Below are positions 38,700 through 50,700 of a DNA stretch of 64,000 nucleotides, piece after piece (position 1 is the first letter of the stretch; the number at the start of each line of letters is the position of its first letter). This DNA comes from Eledone cirrhosa. Lineage: Eukaryota. Position numbers and translations under genes: made by a program. The notes below the pieces were generated by a model. It worked only from the letters and a program-made list of their open reading frames with translations. It searched no databases and was not told where the DNA came from. Location of the stretch: assembly GCA_964016885.1 (NCBI GenBank), contig OZ024740.1, positions 218,674,001 to 218,738,000 of the forward strand, in the 5' to 3' direction.

Positions 38700-38700
<1 letters not shown>
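37768..38700 (-). mobile_element. Non-coding interspersed repeat resembling an RTE 5' UTR; two partly duplicated copies separated by (TA)n
   Basis: 37880-38177 is duplicated at 38203-38500; a third copy lies at 63553-63964 (+). Contains TAGGAGAAGGAAAACTCTGA, which I recall from RTE 5' regions. Confidence 0.75.
38581..38700 (-). ncRNA. Twister ribozyme-like fold at the 5' end of the element
   Basis: Minus strand ...GTCA-CC-[P3 TACTGG/CCAGTA]-CCTG-TCCCATGG-TCGG-[insert]-TGAG-GAGGG-TGAC parallels the twister P4-L4 and GAGGG pattern; the L1 UAA is missing. Confidence 0.45.
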
Positions 38701-38748
<48 letters not shown>

Positions 38749-40438
38749 TATATATACACACATATATATATACACAGACACACATATATATATACACACA
38801 CATACACATATATATACACACACACACACATATATATATACACACACACATATATATATATACACACACATATATATATATACACATATACACACACATA
38901 CATATATTTAGGTGTATGTGCATATAATTCCTACCTACTCCTATCCTACTTTCATGTTGCATGTGGATTTTTCATGAATAGAAAGGAGCCCTGATAAAAA
39001 TTTGGTCTGTGGCTATTTTAAAACCAGCATTGAATAGACATTCATGGTTATAAAAGTAAAGGAAAGTACTGACTTTGTTCCACAACATGATTTAAATATT
39101 CTGGTGTATGGTGGTAAGGGTAGGTAGGGAGAATATCAGTGAAAAATAGTGGGAAGAGGCAGAAGAAGGAAACACTGATGTATCTGAAGTAATCCAGTTA
39201 AACAAATATAGGTTTTATTAGCATAGGTAGGATATTCCAAGTGCTCTCCTTTTTATCAACCATGTTTTTTTTTCTTACTTAACTAAGATTACATCCCCTC
39301 CCTTCTTTCCTTTCTGTCTGTTTGTCTGTCCCTTCCCTTTCTCTGTCTGTCTGCCTCTCTCTCTCTTTCCCCTTTTTAAATATTGCTGATGAGAGACAAT
39401 TAGCATACCACAACTTGTTTCAGATTGTCAATTGACAGATTGCTAGAGTTGTTGGCCTTGAAATATTTATTTTGACTCTTTGCATTCCATGTTCAAATCC
39501 TGCTGAGGTCAATTTTGTGTTCATTGTTGCAGAATCAATAGTCATTGTGTAGATTAAGACATTGAATGAACTGACAGAATTGTCTCAACAGGATGTCTTG
39601 CTGTATTTGTTCTGGCTATTTGCATTCTGAGTTCAAATCCTGTCGTGGCTCTACTAAAATCGTAAACCTAATCTGTTGCCTGGTTTTAATCTTTTTTTCA
39701 TTATCATATTTCTCATGAAAGACACTCTCTATGATTTTCAAACAATTGTGAAACTATTTAAAAATTCAATTATATAACTTTCTCATTATTAATATAGTGT
39801 TTAGAATATTAACAATTATGATTGATCGTTTTTAGATAAATATAAACACTTCAAAATAAACAGCTTATTATTGTACAATCCCCTGACCCTTGTGTGATTT
39901 TAGTCGGGCTCACTCTGTTACAAGCATTTGAATCTGGTCTCTAGTTTGAAGTTACCTTACACCCACCACTTTTGACAGCCCTGGAAAAGATCATGGGCAC
40001 TGTCCTTCTCTCCCCCTGGCAAAAAACCTCCCCACACCCCAAAAGCAGTGATATTTGTTTATCTTTGATAAACAATATGCCCTCCAATGTAGCAGTCCAA
40101 TGAAAGTCAGTAGTCTATGTCATACTTAAAAAATATAGTTTGGTATAAGAAAGGGTGTATGACCATAGAAAAACTCTTTTATTCTCTTACTTGTTTCACT
40201 CATCAGACTTTGGCCATACTGGGGCACCACCTTGATATAGTAGCTATAATTACTTATGACTACTATATATAATTCTTTCTAAGAATTACCAAAGGCCAGC
40301 AATTTGGCAAGAGGAGTAAGTTGATTATATTGACCACAGTACAAAGTTGACCTGGAACTCAGTAGGTAATGAGCCGTTAATGGCAGTTTGTCTGATGCTC
40401 TACCAATCCTGCTAATCCACCACTATATTGCTATATAT

Positions 40439-40657
40439 AATTGTTTCTAATTCAGACACAAGCCCAGCAATTTTTGGTGGGAGGGGAAAGACAATTAAAT
40501 CGACTCCAGTGCATGACTGGTACTTTTATTTTATCGACCCCGTAAGGATGAAAAGCAAAGCTAACTTCGCCGTGATTTGAACTCAGAACATAAAGAGCCA
40601 TAACTCTATGCTGCAAAGCATGGTGTCCGACACTCTACCTATACTGCCAACACACCA
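40439..40657 (-). mobile_element. SINE family B, long variant
   Basis: Core TTTTATCGACCCCGTAAGGATGAAA, tail AATTGTTTCTA. Confidence 0.8.
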
Positions 40658-40781
40658 ATTACACATGATAATGACTCACAAGTAAATTTTGTATTAACCC
40701 TTTCATTATCATTTTTCAAACGAAATATATTGTACATGTGTTTCAATTAATTTTGAAAATAATCAATAATAGGGTGGCAGC

Positions 40782-40983
40782 TACAAGGGTTGGCTGAAAA
40801 GTTCTTAGGCTGACTATGAAGGAGTGATGCTAGAGCTGTGAAATCTTGCATGCATTAATTTAAACTCTTCTTATTAACAACTGCATTCTTTCTTTCTAGG
40901 GACTATGTTGAAAAATAAACCTCATTTGGTCATTCCATGAGAATATCTTGGTCAGCCTATAAACTTTTCAGCCGACTCTCGTA
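40782..40983. mobile_element. mariner-like MITE, complete
   Basis: TA-CAAGGGTTGGCTGAAAAGTTCTTAGGCTGAC ... GTCAGCCTATAAACTTTTCAGCCGACTCTCG-TA. Confidence 0.85.
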
Positions 40984-41287
40984 TTTGGAATAGAAGTTTA
41001 TGTAAAATTTTGAGAGTAGGTTTAAATTTAAATAAAATACTTTAAAACGAACAGTTTTGTATGATAGAATTAAGAGTAATCTCAGGTGGATTGATGTCAG
41101 AAGAGTTGAAGTTGCAAACATTTCTTCAAAATTTAGAGCACATTTTCATTTTCTTCAAATGTGTCAAGATAGTGACATGAAATTGATCCCTAATTTTCTA
41201 AAGAACTAAGGAAAGGAAAAGAGCTGATTGCCAGATCAGATCAATGTTTTCTTTGTTTTTTCCATGTTAGTGGATGAAAGAAGCAGT

Positions 41288-41492
41288 TTAACCCTTTAGC
41301 ATTTACATGACTCTATATATATACTATTGTATTTTCACGGTAAAGGCTTTATCTCACATAATATCGAATCTATGAGATTTGGATGTTATTTATTTTGAGA
41401 ACAATACCTTAATATCAGTATTAGTGGCCAGTTTGAACAGAAAGGTGAAAGAATTTGGTCAGATATGGCTGGTTTAAATGCTAAAGGGTTAA
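41288..41492 (+). mobile_element. piggyBac-like MITE, complete and uninterrupted
   Basis: TTAA TSD with TIR CCCTTTAGCATTTA at both ends. Confidence 0.9.
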
Positions 41493-42494
41493 GGGCATAT
41501 ACTTCTCATATGGTCAACGGCCATCTAAACCATGGTTAATGCCTGGCTAGAGGTAAAAATAAGCAGTTTAAGGGCATGGTTGGCTTATAGGATCTCCTTT
41601 GGCCAGCTACTATCTGTGAGTCACAATTCCTGATAGAAGGGATGGAATTTGAACTGAGAACATGCTGAGCCAGATCAGATATGGCAAAGCACCCCACCTG
41701 ACAAATAATTCCACTAGTCCACTGCTCCTGGACAGTTCATATATTTATCAACTCTGAAGGGTGAAGTTAATCTCAATGGGATTTGAACTCAGAGCACTGA
41801 AAGTCGATTCAAATACTGAAGTATTTAAATGAAATTGCGTAGCTTAGTGGTTAGAGAGTTGAATCCACAATCCTGAAGTTGTGAGTTCAATTCCTGGGCC
41901 AGGCGATGTGGTATGTCCTTGAGCAAGACACTTTATTTCACATTGCTACTTTTGCCAGGAATTGCGACTGGTAGATAATTTTAGCAATTGGAAAGACCAA
42001 TGGAAACAATGTTTCCTTGGTTCAGTCTGATGAGTTCCACCTCACTCGGTAAGTGAATGATGTCTGGGATCTTGTCAATCCTTTTCCTATTTATATCCAA
42101 CACTAATAACTCTGCTAATTCATTGCCTAAAAGACTAACAGTTTCAGCATAAGAATTCCTTTTGACTAGGCTTGAAGAGTCAATATTTCAGAGAAATAAA
42201 CCACAAAGTAATTTAAACATTCTGTAAATTTAGTATTTAAAATTAATTATTCAAAGAAAAATATAATTTAAGTGACAGTTATTTGTATTTCAAGTTTCAT
42301 CTAGTGGGTCATTAAAGGCAATTATGTTCAGCCACTATATAAAACTTGTATTACAAGTAACTGCCACTTAATGATATCAAATTATTTCATATTATTCTTC
42401 ATATAGAGATCTGTATCAGATAATGTTTGCAACCTGTATAACATATACCACTATATGGTTTACAACTACATTATATATGTGTGTGTGTGTGTGT

Positions 42495-42582
<88 letters not shown>

Positions 42583-42649
42583 ACTTTGAAGCCTGATAGA
42601 GATATATGTGACATTTAGAGAGGGATATATATATATATATATATATACA

Positions 42650-42696
<47 letters not shown>

Positions 42697-42941
42697 GTGG
42701 GGAAATGGTAAGCTTCATACGTTATCACATTATATCCCATGAGGGATTATCGATGGAGATATAAATGGAATGGCTTGTAAATGCGGAACCCAAACCGGCA
42801 CGCAGTCTCGGTTTCCTTAGAAACCAGTTGGACTCCCCCCCCCCCCCGCACGTTGTTTTACTCTTGTCTGGAATTGTTTAAATAATATTAGGGACAGGGA
42901 TGAAGGTTATGATAATTATGACCATGTATCATGTATATACA

Positions 42942-42974
<33 letters not shown>

Positions 42975-44399
42975 TACAACGGTTAGAATATATCATTCAT
43001 TAAAAACTAGCTCATTACCATCACAATCATCGCAATAATCATAGTTGTTGCCATCGTCATTATAATCATCCTTATCATCATCATCATCATCATCATCTTC
43101 ACCACCTCTATATCATCATCATCATCATCATAATATTCATACCTTCTGTGTTCAGAGAACGGAGGCAGATTTTCACGTAAATTTTTTGGTTGAAAATGTG
43201 CGTCTTATACACCGAAAAATATGGTAATCATTTTTTTCTTCAACAAAAATATATTCCGAAGACTTTATTAATAAAAATGTCTTTTAAAAGACTTTGATTT
43301 TATACTTATTAAAAAAAAATATCAACTATAATTTTCAAGATACTCTACCATATATACCTGCGTACAAGTTGTACCGGTAGATAAGTCGTACCTCCATTAT
43401 ACATACATTTAAAATGTACCTTTTTAGGTCCCGTAGATAAGTCGTATTGGTTTTTCATGCTGTATTCCCGTGGGAAAAGGTGCGACTTATACATGAGTAT
43501 GTATAGGTTTATAATTCTTTCATTGAAGAAAAAAAAAACGAATAGTGAATCAGAGGAGGGGAAAGAAAAGAATAGACACATACATATATATAAATATGTC
43601 TATATCTATATATACAATATCTATATATATACAATATATATCTATATATACAATATATATCTATATATATGTATCCATATATATAAGTGTGTGTGTGAAA
43701 GAGAGAGAAAGAGGGGGTGGAACAGTGTTAGATAAGTAGGTAGGCAGGTAGCAAGATAGGGAAGGCAAATAGCTTGGTACATTTATCTTATATAAAGACA
43801 GGTAGGTAGATAGGTAAACAGAAACGGGAGAAAAAATAGAAATAAGTATAACTTAGATGAAGTAAAATTTATTATGGAGACGAAAAGTACAAAAAAAAAA
43901 AAAAAGGCGGTAGCTATAGAGATAGGGAAGTATTATTTTCTCTGCACTATTTTAATATTTTTTTAAAGTAATTAAAAAATATTATTACTGTAAGGTAGAA
44001 CGGAATGCTATTTTATGAGGGAGAATGGAGCAAAATTATCATAAAAAATAAAAGTAAAGTAATAAGAGGGACAGAAGAGAGTGATGAACGAGAGGAAGAA
44101 ACTTATAATAATTTGAATGGGGGTGGATAGCGATTAGGATTGGGATAGTTTGGTGAATAAAAATGCTGATAGAGAAGGGAAGATAAAATTTGAAAGAAAG
44201 AAAAAATAGTTTTAGTAAAAAGGAAGAAATTCTTTTTTAGCGAGGCGAGTTTGAGAAAGAAAACTAAGTTGAAGAGGAGAGAAGAAACATATTGAATTGG
44301 AGCGAAAGAGTGAGTAAAAAGAGGAAGAGACTGAAAAAGTAGATATGAAAGGCGAAAAAAAAAAAAAAAATAAGCAGAAAAGTAGAGCGAAAAGAAAGA

Positions 44400-44770
44400 G
44401 AAAATGTGGAGCTATGAGAGAGAGAGAGAGAGTGAGTGAGGAAGAGAGGGCACGCAAGTGAGAAAAGTAGAGAGAGCATCCAAGTAAGAGAGAGGGAATG
44501 AGTGTGACAGAGGGCACGCAAGTAAAAGGGAGGGAGGGACAGAGAGAGCACGCAAATGAGAGAGAATGAGGGGAAGGAGAAAGAGAGGGCACGCAATTTA
44601 AAGGGAGGAAGAGAGAGAGAAAGACAGCACGCAAGTGAGAGAGAATGAGGAGAAGGAGAAAGAGAGGACACGCAAGTTAAAGGGAGGGAGAGAGAAAGAG
44701 AGCACGCAAGTGAGAGAAAATGAGGGAAGGAGAGAGCGAGAGAGAACACGCAAGTGAGAGGGAGGGGGTC
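44400..44770. repeat. Purine-rich minisatellite with eight CACGCAA cores
   Basis: CACGCAA at 44451, 44515, 44549, 44590, 44628, 44669, 44703 and 44747 in a GA-rich background. Confidence 0.85.
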
Positions 44771-45960
44771 AGTAGAGGAGGGGTAGGAAGAGTGCTTTCG
44801 TCAGTAATAAGAGACAAGCTGTGGTTTACTTTAAGGTTTTCTCATTATTGCTGAATGGCCGCATCAAGTATGTGATAAAATATTGCTTCTGTTTCTATGG
44901 TAGTATACACACGACCTTGATCACTTTAGTTTATTACTTAACAAACTTATTAATGATATATTAACAGGAACAAAAGCAACTATTGATTAAGTTTTTTTGT
45001 TATTATATGTAATATATATATATTTATTTATTGGAAACAAACTACTAATGAAAGACAAAAAATCCACCCAAACTATTTTTGTTTCCATCTATCCACACAT
45101 GCTTGGTAAAAAAAAAGTTTTTACAACTATTCATTGGAGTTTATAATAATTTTCTTCCAGACACCATGGTGGAAATTACATTGACTATTCACTTTTCGTC
45201 TGCGATCGCTGAAGCCACTTGTAGAAGGGCTGTTTATATTCCCATCTTTTAGAGTACTTTTATTTTTTAAATTTCTTTTAATATAAAGAAAAAAACAACA
45301 TTTTAAACAAATAATTTAGTTATAACGTTGGTTATTATTATTTTTTTAATGTTTATTTCCGTTGATCTCATGGAAAATAAACCGATACTCAGCAAATTTT
45401 GAAATATACTTAGGATAATCAAGTTACATTGCTATGAAGTATTGACCTCTCTCGATCATTGTGGCTTTATTTTTTTTTAATACATCAACCTTCTCCAAAC
45501 CTTGAACTCTTCACCCAACACTTTTTACCGCGTTTCCTAGAGACCAACCGATTCTTAGGATCGCCGTACGGTACACTAATCTTGTTGACGGATGACTGAT
45601 AGTACTATAATATCTTCTAGATCAGCTTCCTATATGAACATCGTCGTCAGGAAAAACTAAATGGCTCATTTACCATTTGGACATTATAGAAACCCTGGTA
45701 AGTTATGTAACTTTTTTTAAATTTATTTGTTTTTAAAATACAAACTACAAGAAAAATAGCGTAACATTTAATTATGATTTTTTTTTTCGATTTGATTATT
45801 TCAAACAATTATTAAAAAATATTGTTTCCTTGATTGTGTGTGAAGAATTTTTTTTATTCACGTCTGAACATCCATAGAATCGAAATTTCCGTATTTTCAC
45901 GAAAGTTGACGGCGCTCCAGTATTAACATGGCCGCTCACTGCTCACTAATGTAGTTGCTA
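44770..45960 (+). promoter_or_regulatory. Probable promoter / 5' UTR region of a host gene
   Basis: CpG more frequent than in the flanks, no recognisable SINEs, adjoins a candidate start exon; YY1-like AACATGGCCGC at 45925-45935. Confidence 0.4.
45661..45697 (+). CDS. Candidate first coding exon (MAHLPFGHYRNP), unidentified gene
   Basis: ATG preceded by in-frame TAA and followed by the consensus donor G|GTAAGT at 45698. Confidence 0.5.
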
Positions 45961-46314
45961 CTTCCTTTGAAAACATTACTGATACTACTACCACATCTAG
46001 ACACTAAGAACATGGTAAAATTGAAGCGGTTGTGTTGGCTAAAATAGTATTTTTATTTTTACTACAGTATATATATATCTATTTTATACGCATGTTTTAG
46101 TTTAGGGTCTGAATATTGCATATATATATATATATAATGTATAGCTTTTTATTTCACTTTTGACTTTATTATATTTAGCTTTCTCTCTATCTATATCTCC
46201 CTCTCCCTGTTTATATCTCATACTCTATCTTCACTCTATTATTCCTTACACTGACCTCTCTGTTTTGCTGTTTATGTGAATGTATGTTGTCCTGTCCTTA
46301 ATCCCCTCCCCTAG

Positions 46315-46351
46315 CTTCGATTTCCCGACCAGATGGATACTTCAGACATAG
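46315..46351 (+). CDS. Candidate 37-nt second exon (ASISRPDGYFRH)
   Basis: Pyrimidine tract CCTTAATCCCCTCCCCTAG acceptor, AG|GTAAGC donor; stays in frame with the previous exon. Confidence 0.5.
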
Positions 46352-47620
46352 GTAAGCAATTGTTTTTTTTCCCTCCTGAATGTATGTCTTTATATTTCCC
46401 CACCAGTTAAGGTTTTTTGTAATGTAAAGCTTCGAAGTTAAGAGGTGTGAAGTCGTAGTGATTACATACATGTATCACATCAAATAGCCCCTACATTGAA
46501 TGCTGCTGTCCCAGTTAAACACGTGGAATACAATGTTTATGCAGGTTATCATAATAACTTTTATTAATAATAAAAATTTTATGATGTTTGTTTGTCTTAT
46601 GTATCTTAACATATATGTATTTGAACTCCATATTTTCGTAATTTAATAAACAGTGTGTGTGTATATATATACAGTGTGCTTAGTTGTCGGATCTACTGTC
46701 TCGTAGCCGCCATCATTTCATCTTCGACATTAAAACCTCTTCAAAATAAAGTTTCTGGACACGTGTGCTCTGCTAATCCATCATTATTTGTAAATGTACA
46801 CATCTTTGTAATCTCTCTCTATATATTTATATTCATTTATTTATCTATACCTAGAAACGTGTGTGTTTCTTGTGTATTATCCAGAGATAACAGTAACTGA
46901 TACTACATGCAAGATCCATGCGACGGCCTGGTTTGATTTTTCACCGAACGATATATATATATATATATATGTATCAAGAAGAGAGGCTAACGTTTGAGGA
47001 ATTTCCTGTTATAACTAAAGGACTAATTATAGCTGTTAGCTCTAGCCACTGTTTATATATATATATGCCCGCCCTCTTCTGTCGCTTGAATTAGTCTTAG
47101 GTCTTATAATGATGGGATATTTGTGGCTTCATGTTCATACTATTATCTTCAGTTTTCTCTGCCAGTATCCCCATTAATAAATATCACTAAATTACTACAC
47201 CTGTGTCTAAGCATAAAATAACTAAGATTTAATGAAAGGTTTCTGTATTTAAACTGTAGTCTTTACATTCGTTATGGCTTAGTTAATGTATTATTCCCTT
47301 CCTTTAAACACTATTTTTCACCCAGTGAGTAAACACAAACATTTATCCTTTTCTTGTAAGTAATTTATTATATTTTTTTAAATTTTATTTCGCTTAAAGT
47401 CAAGTTTAAGAGACAGAATGAGCGTATTTGACGATTTCAAAACGGAATGATTCGTCCATGTCTAATAATGTCACGTTTTGGAGGAGACTATGCTGTGTGT
47501 AGTCAGTTGAAACAGCTAAACGTATATTCAGATCAGTGGACCCCGACTGTAAATGTAGGCCAACCTGTCTCAGACAGTCGAGTTATAAAAAGATCGGGAA
47601 TGCATGTGTGTGTGTGTATG

Positions 47621-47674
<54 letters not shown>

Positions 47675-47708
47675 GTGCATGCATGTATATATGATTAGCT
47701 CTGGCATA

Positions 47709-47746
<38 letters not shown>

Positions 47747-50700
47747 CCAGAGCTAACTTGTGGAGAGCAGCAGTTATTTGTGGTTGTAAAGTAAGCTGTT
47801 ATTTCTCTCAATTCCATCAACTAAATACGACTGTTTTAGATAGGAGCGAGTGTGAATTAATGGTAATTTACACTTACTAAATCATATAGTTACTATATAA
47901 GTTGAAATGAAATCATTCTCTCCTCTACTCTTTTTATTGCTCTCTTTGCACACATTTTTTCATGTAGTCACACAGGCGAACTGCTTTTTTATTGTTGATA
48001 TTTGCTGTTGTGGAAAAAAATCTCTAATGCAGCTTTCGTTAGAAATCTTACTCATTTAAATGACATAGTTTTACATTCTTAATGTCACTATTCATAGACG
48101 GCGTACAAACAAAACACGGTAATCTTAAATATTTAAGTTTACGATTAAAATAAATTTCGCTATATTTTTGTAAAAATTAAATCTGTTCGGAAATATTAGT
48201 TTTGTTTTTATTTTTTAATGTGAAATAAATCTTTAGTCACTGATTTTCAAATTTAGGTGCGAGCGAATATCTCTTTTTTTTATATTGTACTTGATTGATA
48301 ATTATTGAAGATAGCTAATTGTATTAGTCTGAATTTGTCTAAAATCATTCGGATATTTGAAGTCAACGGGGAAAACAGACAAAAAAGGAGAGATAACACT
48401 AAAATAACCAGTTAAGAGATACATGATCTATATTATTTGCTTACCTTGCTGAGATAGATATTTTAAGTGATTATATGTATATATAAGTTTAGATTTTACC
48501 TATGACTGCTATATAATCCATCCTCATAGTTTTCATTTCCAAGCTTTTATGTATTTATTTAAGTCTACAACATATAAATTAATCCATGTGAAACTAATTC
48601 GAGACATTTTTTGGCTAGTACACAACTTATTTAAATCCAAGTGCATTCTTTTTTTTTTTTTTTTTAAGTTGCTAATAAAAAATCTAAGTCTGATATTTGT
48701 GACAGGATTTAGCTGCGTTATATATAATAAAAACTGCATATATGTATATAATCTGTCTGGCATCCTGCATGCGTACTTTGTGCATGTGTATATATATATA
48801 TATATACATTTAAACGCGTGTGTGGATATATATAGCCACACATGTTTAAATATATATATTTATAATGTGTGTATGTGTATTTGCATAGCTTTTGTTTTCG
48901 TCATAGACAAACATAAATCATCTACTCATTTCCTCCTTGGTGTCAGAGGATACACACCTCTTGTTTACTTTCTCACTTGTTTTGTTTTTTATTCGTTCTT
49001 CGTTTCTTAATATGGATTGTTGATATATATAGGAAGTCGTTGAGATAGTTACCCATCCCCTTAAAAACACTCACAGTATTTTGCGGGGAAAAAAACCCTA
49101 TTTATTTTTATATCGGCTTTCGTGATGACGATAATAATTTTTTTTTCTTGACGGTGCTTTTTAATTTGCTGAACTGTAATGTAACTAATTAATGTTTCTA
49201 AGAAAAATTATTAAAGGGCTAAATTTTAGTTTTACATCTTGTTTACTTTTTTTAACCAGCTTTATCAAGGATATCTCTTTAAAAGTGAGCAAATGAGAAT
49301 ATAACCCGTAATTATCTTCAAATCTCATGTTAGAAGCCATTCATTATATATTAGATTTTTGTTTTATACGTTTGTGTATTTAAACACTAAACATGTTCTC
49401 GAATGGACTCAGATACTGTATTGTGGGTTCAAAAATATTTAATATCATCAATAGTGGTTTATTTCGAAGTTTCGCTGTTACTACTGGACTCTCGAAACAG
49501 TGGTAGTAAGGTGAAATTTCTTGGTAAGAAGTAGTGGGTTGATGAAGTAAACATAAATATATCAACTCACTACCGCTTATCTAGGCCTAATTAATATATA
49601 GGTAAGTAAGAATTCACTTTACTAACGCTGTTTCGAGAGGTCAGCAAATAAGTATCGGAGATATTTCGAATTAAATTGTCACTATTACTGATATTAAATA
49701 TATATTAGATTCGGTAAATTTATAGATTGTTAACGCTCTAGTTTGGTTTTTCACTCTTCATAAGATAATAGATATTACGGCTTTCTTGTGACAGACAGAA
49801 GCCAATCTATCATCTTGATAATGCATTAATACTTATTGAACGAGCTTATAGGGGTTCTTCTGGTCTATTCTATGCATATTTTGCTATCTCACTCTGCTTA
49901 GCTAGCTACTTGGCTCACTTCCTTCCTGATTACCTCTTTACCTATGAGCTGTTCATGATGATCAAGTGGATCTCATTAGGAAACTTGCCTGTCACAAGTC
50001 GGAAGTATAGGTGGTGTAGAAGCTTGCCTTTGATTAATTCATGTTCATTTTCTCTCGTTAACTCATTCTTTTTTATCGCCAACCAGCCTCAGCTATTATT
50101 CCGGTTGATCTGAGCCCTAATTAGATCCTGTTTACTTTACAAGAATAAATAAAAATAAACTGACAACAAAAATAATCAATTTTTTCTTTTAAATTTGCAT
50201 TTTAAGATATTTTAATGGAATCAAATTACATGATAGTCTGTTTCCCCCTCAAAGAATGTTGCTTGCAAATGTTATTCCAAATACTGAATTAAATCATACG
50301 AGTTAAAAAAAATAATAAATTTGTTTGATGTGGAAGACAATTATTTAGATTTATTCAATACTATTCTCAGATTACTTCAAATATCTACATTCCAAAGATG
50401 TTTATTAATTCAAGGGCAACTCGGTATCTACAGGCTCTTTGGCTTTAGATGTTGAGGCTTTTAAATATCTCAACGAAACACCAGGAATGCTCCTGAAAAC
50501 ATTAATGTTTTAGAGTTGTACAGAGCTAAAAGGAAGTTTTCATTAGGACACCCCCCATAACGAACGAATGTCTTTCTTTTAATAAAATGTTGTTCTTTGG
50601 GTTAAAAAAACAACTAATTTTATGCTTTTTTCTTTTAGTTATTTTTGTATTATGAAGACCGTTCAGTATGCGGCATCCAATATGTATAATTGGCGAATGT

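Noticed and set aside
41985-42045. Permuted hammerhead (GAAAC...GTTTC...CTGATGAG), also at about 33585-33630 and 30165-30215
   Set aside because: Stems I and II cannot be formed consistently across the three copies.
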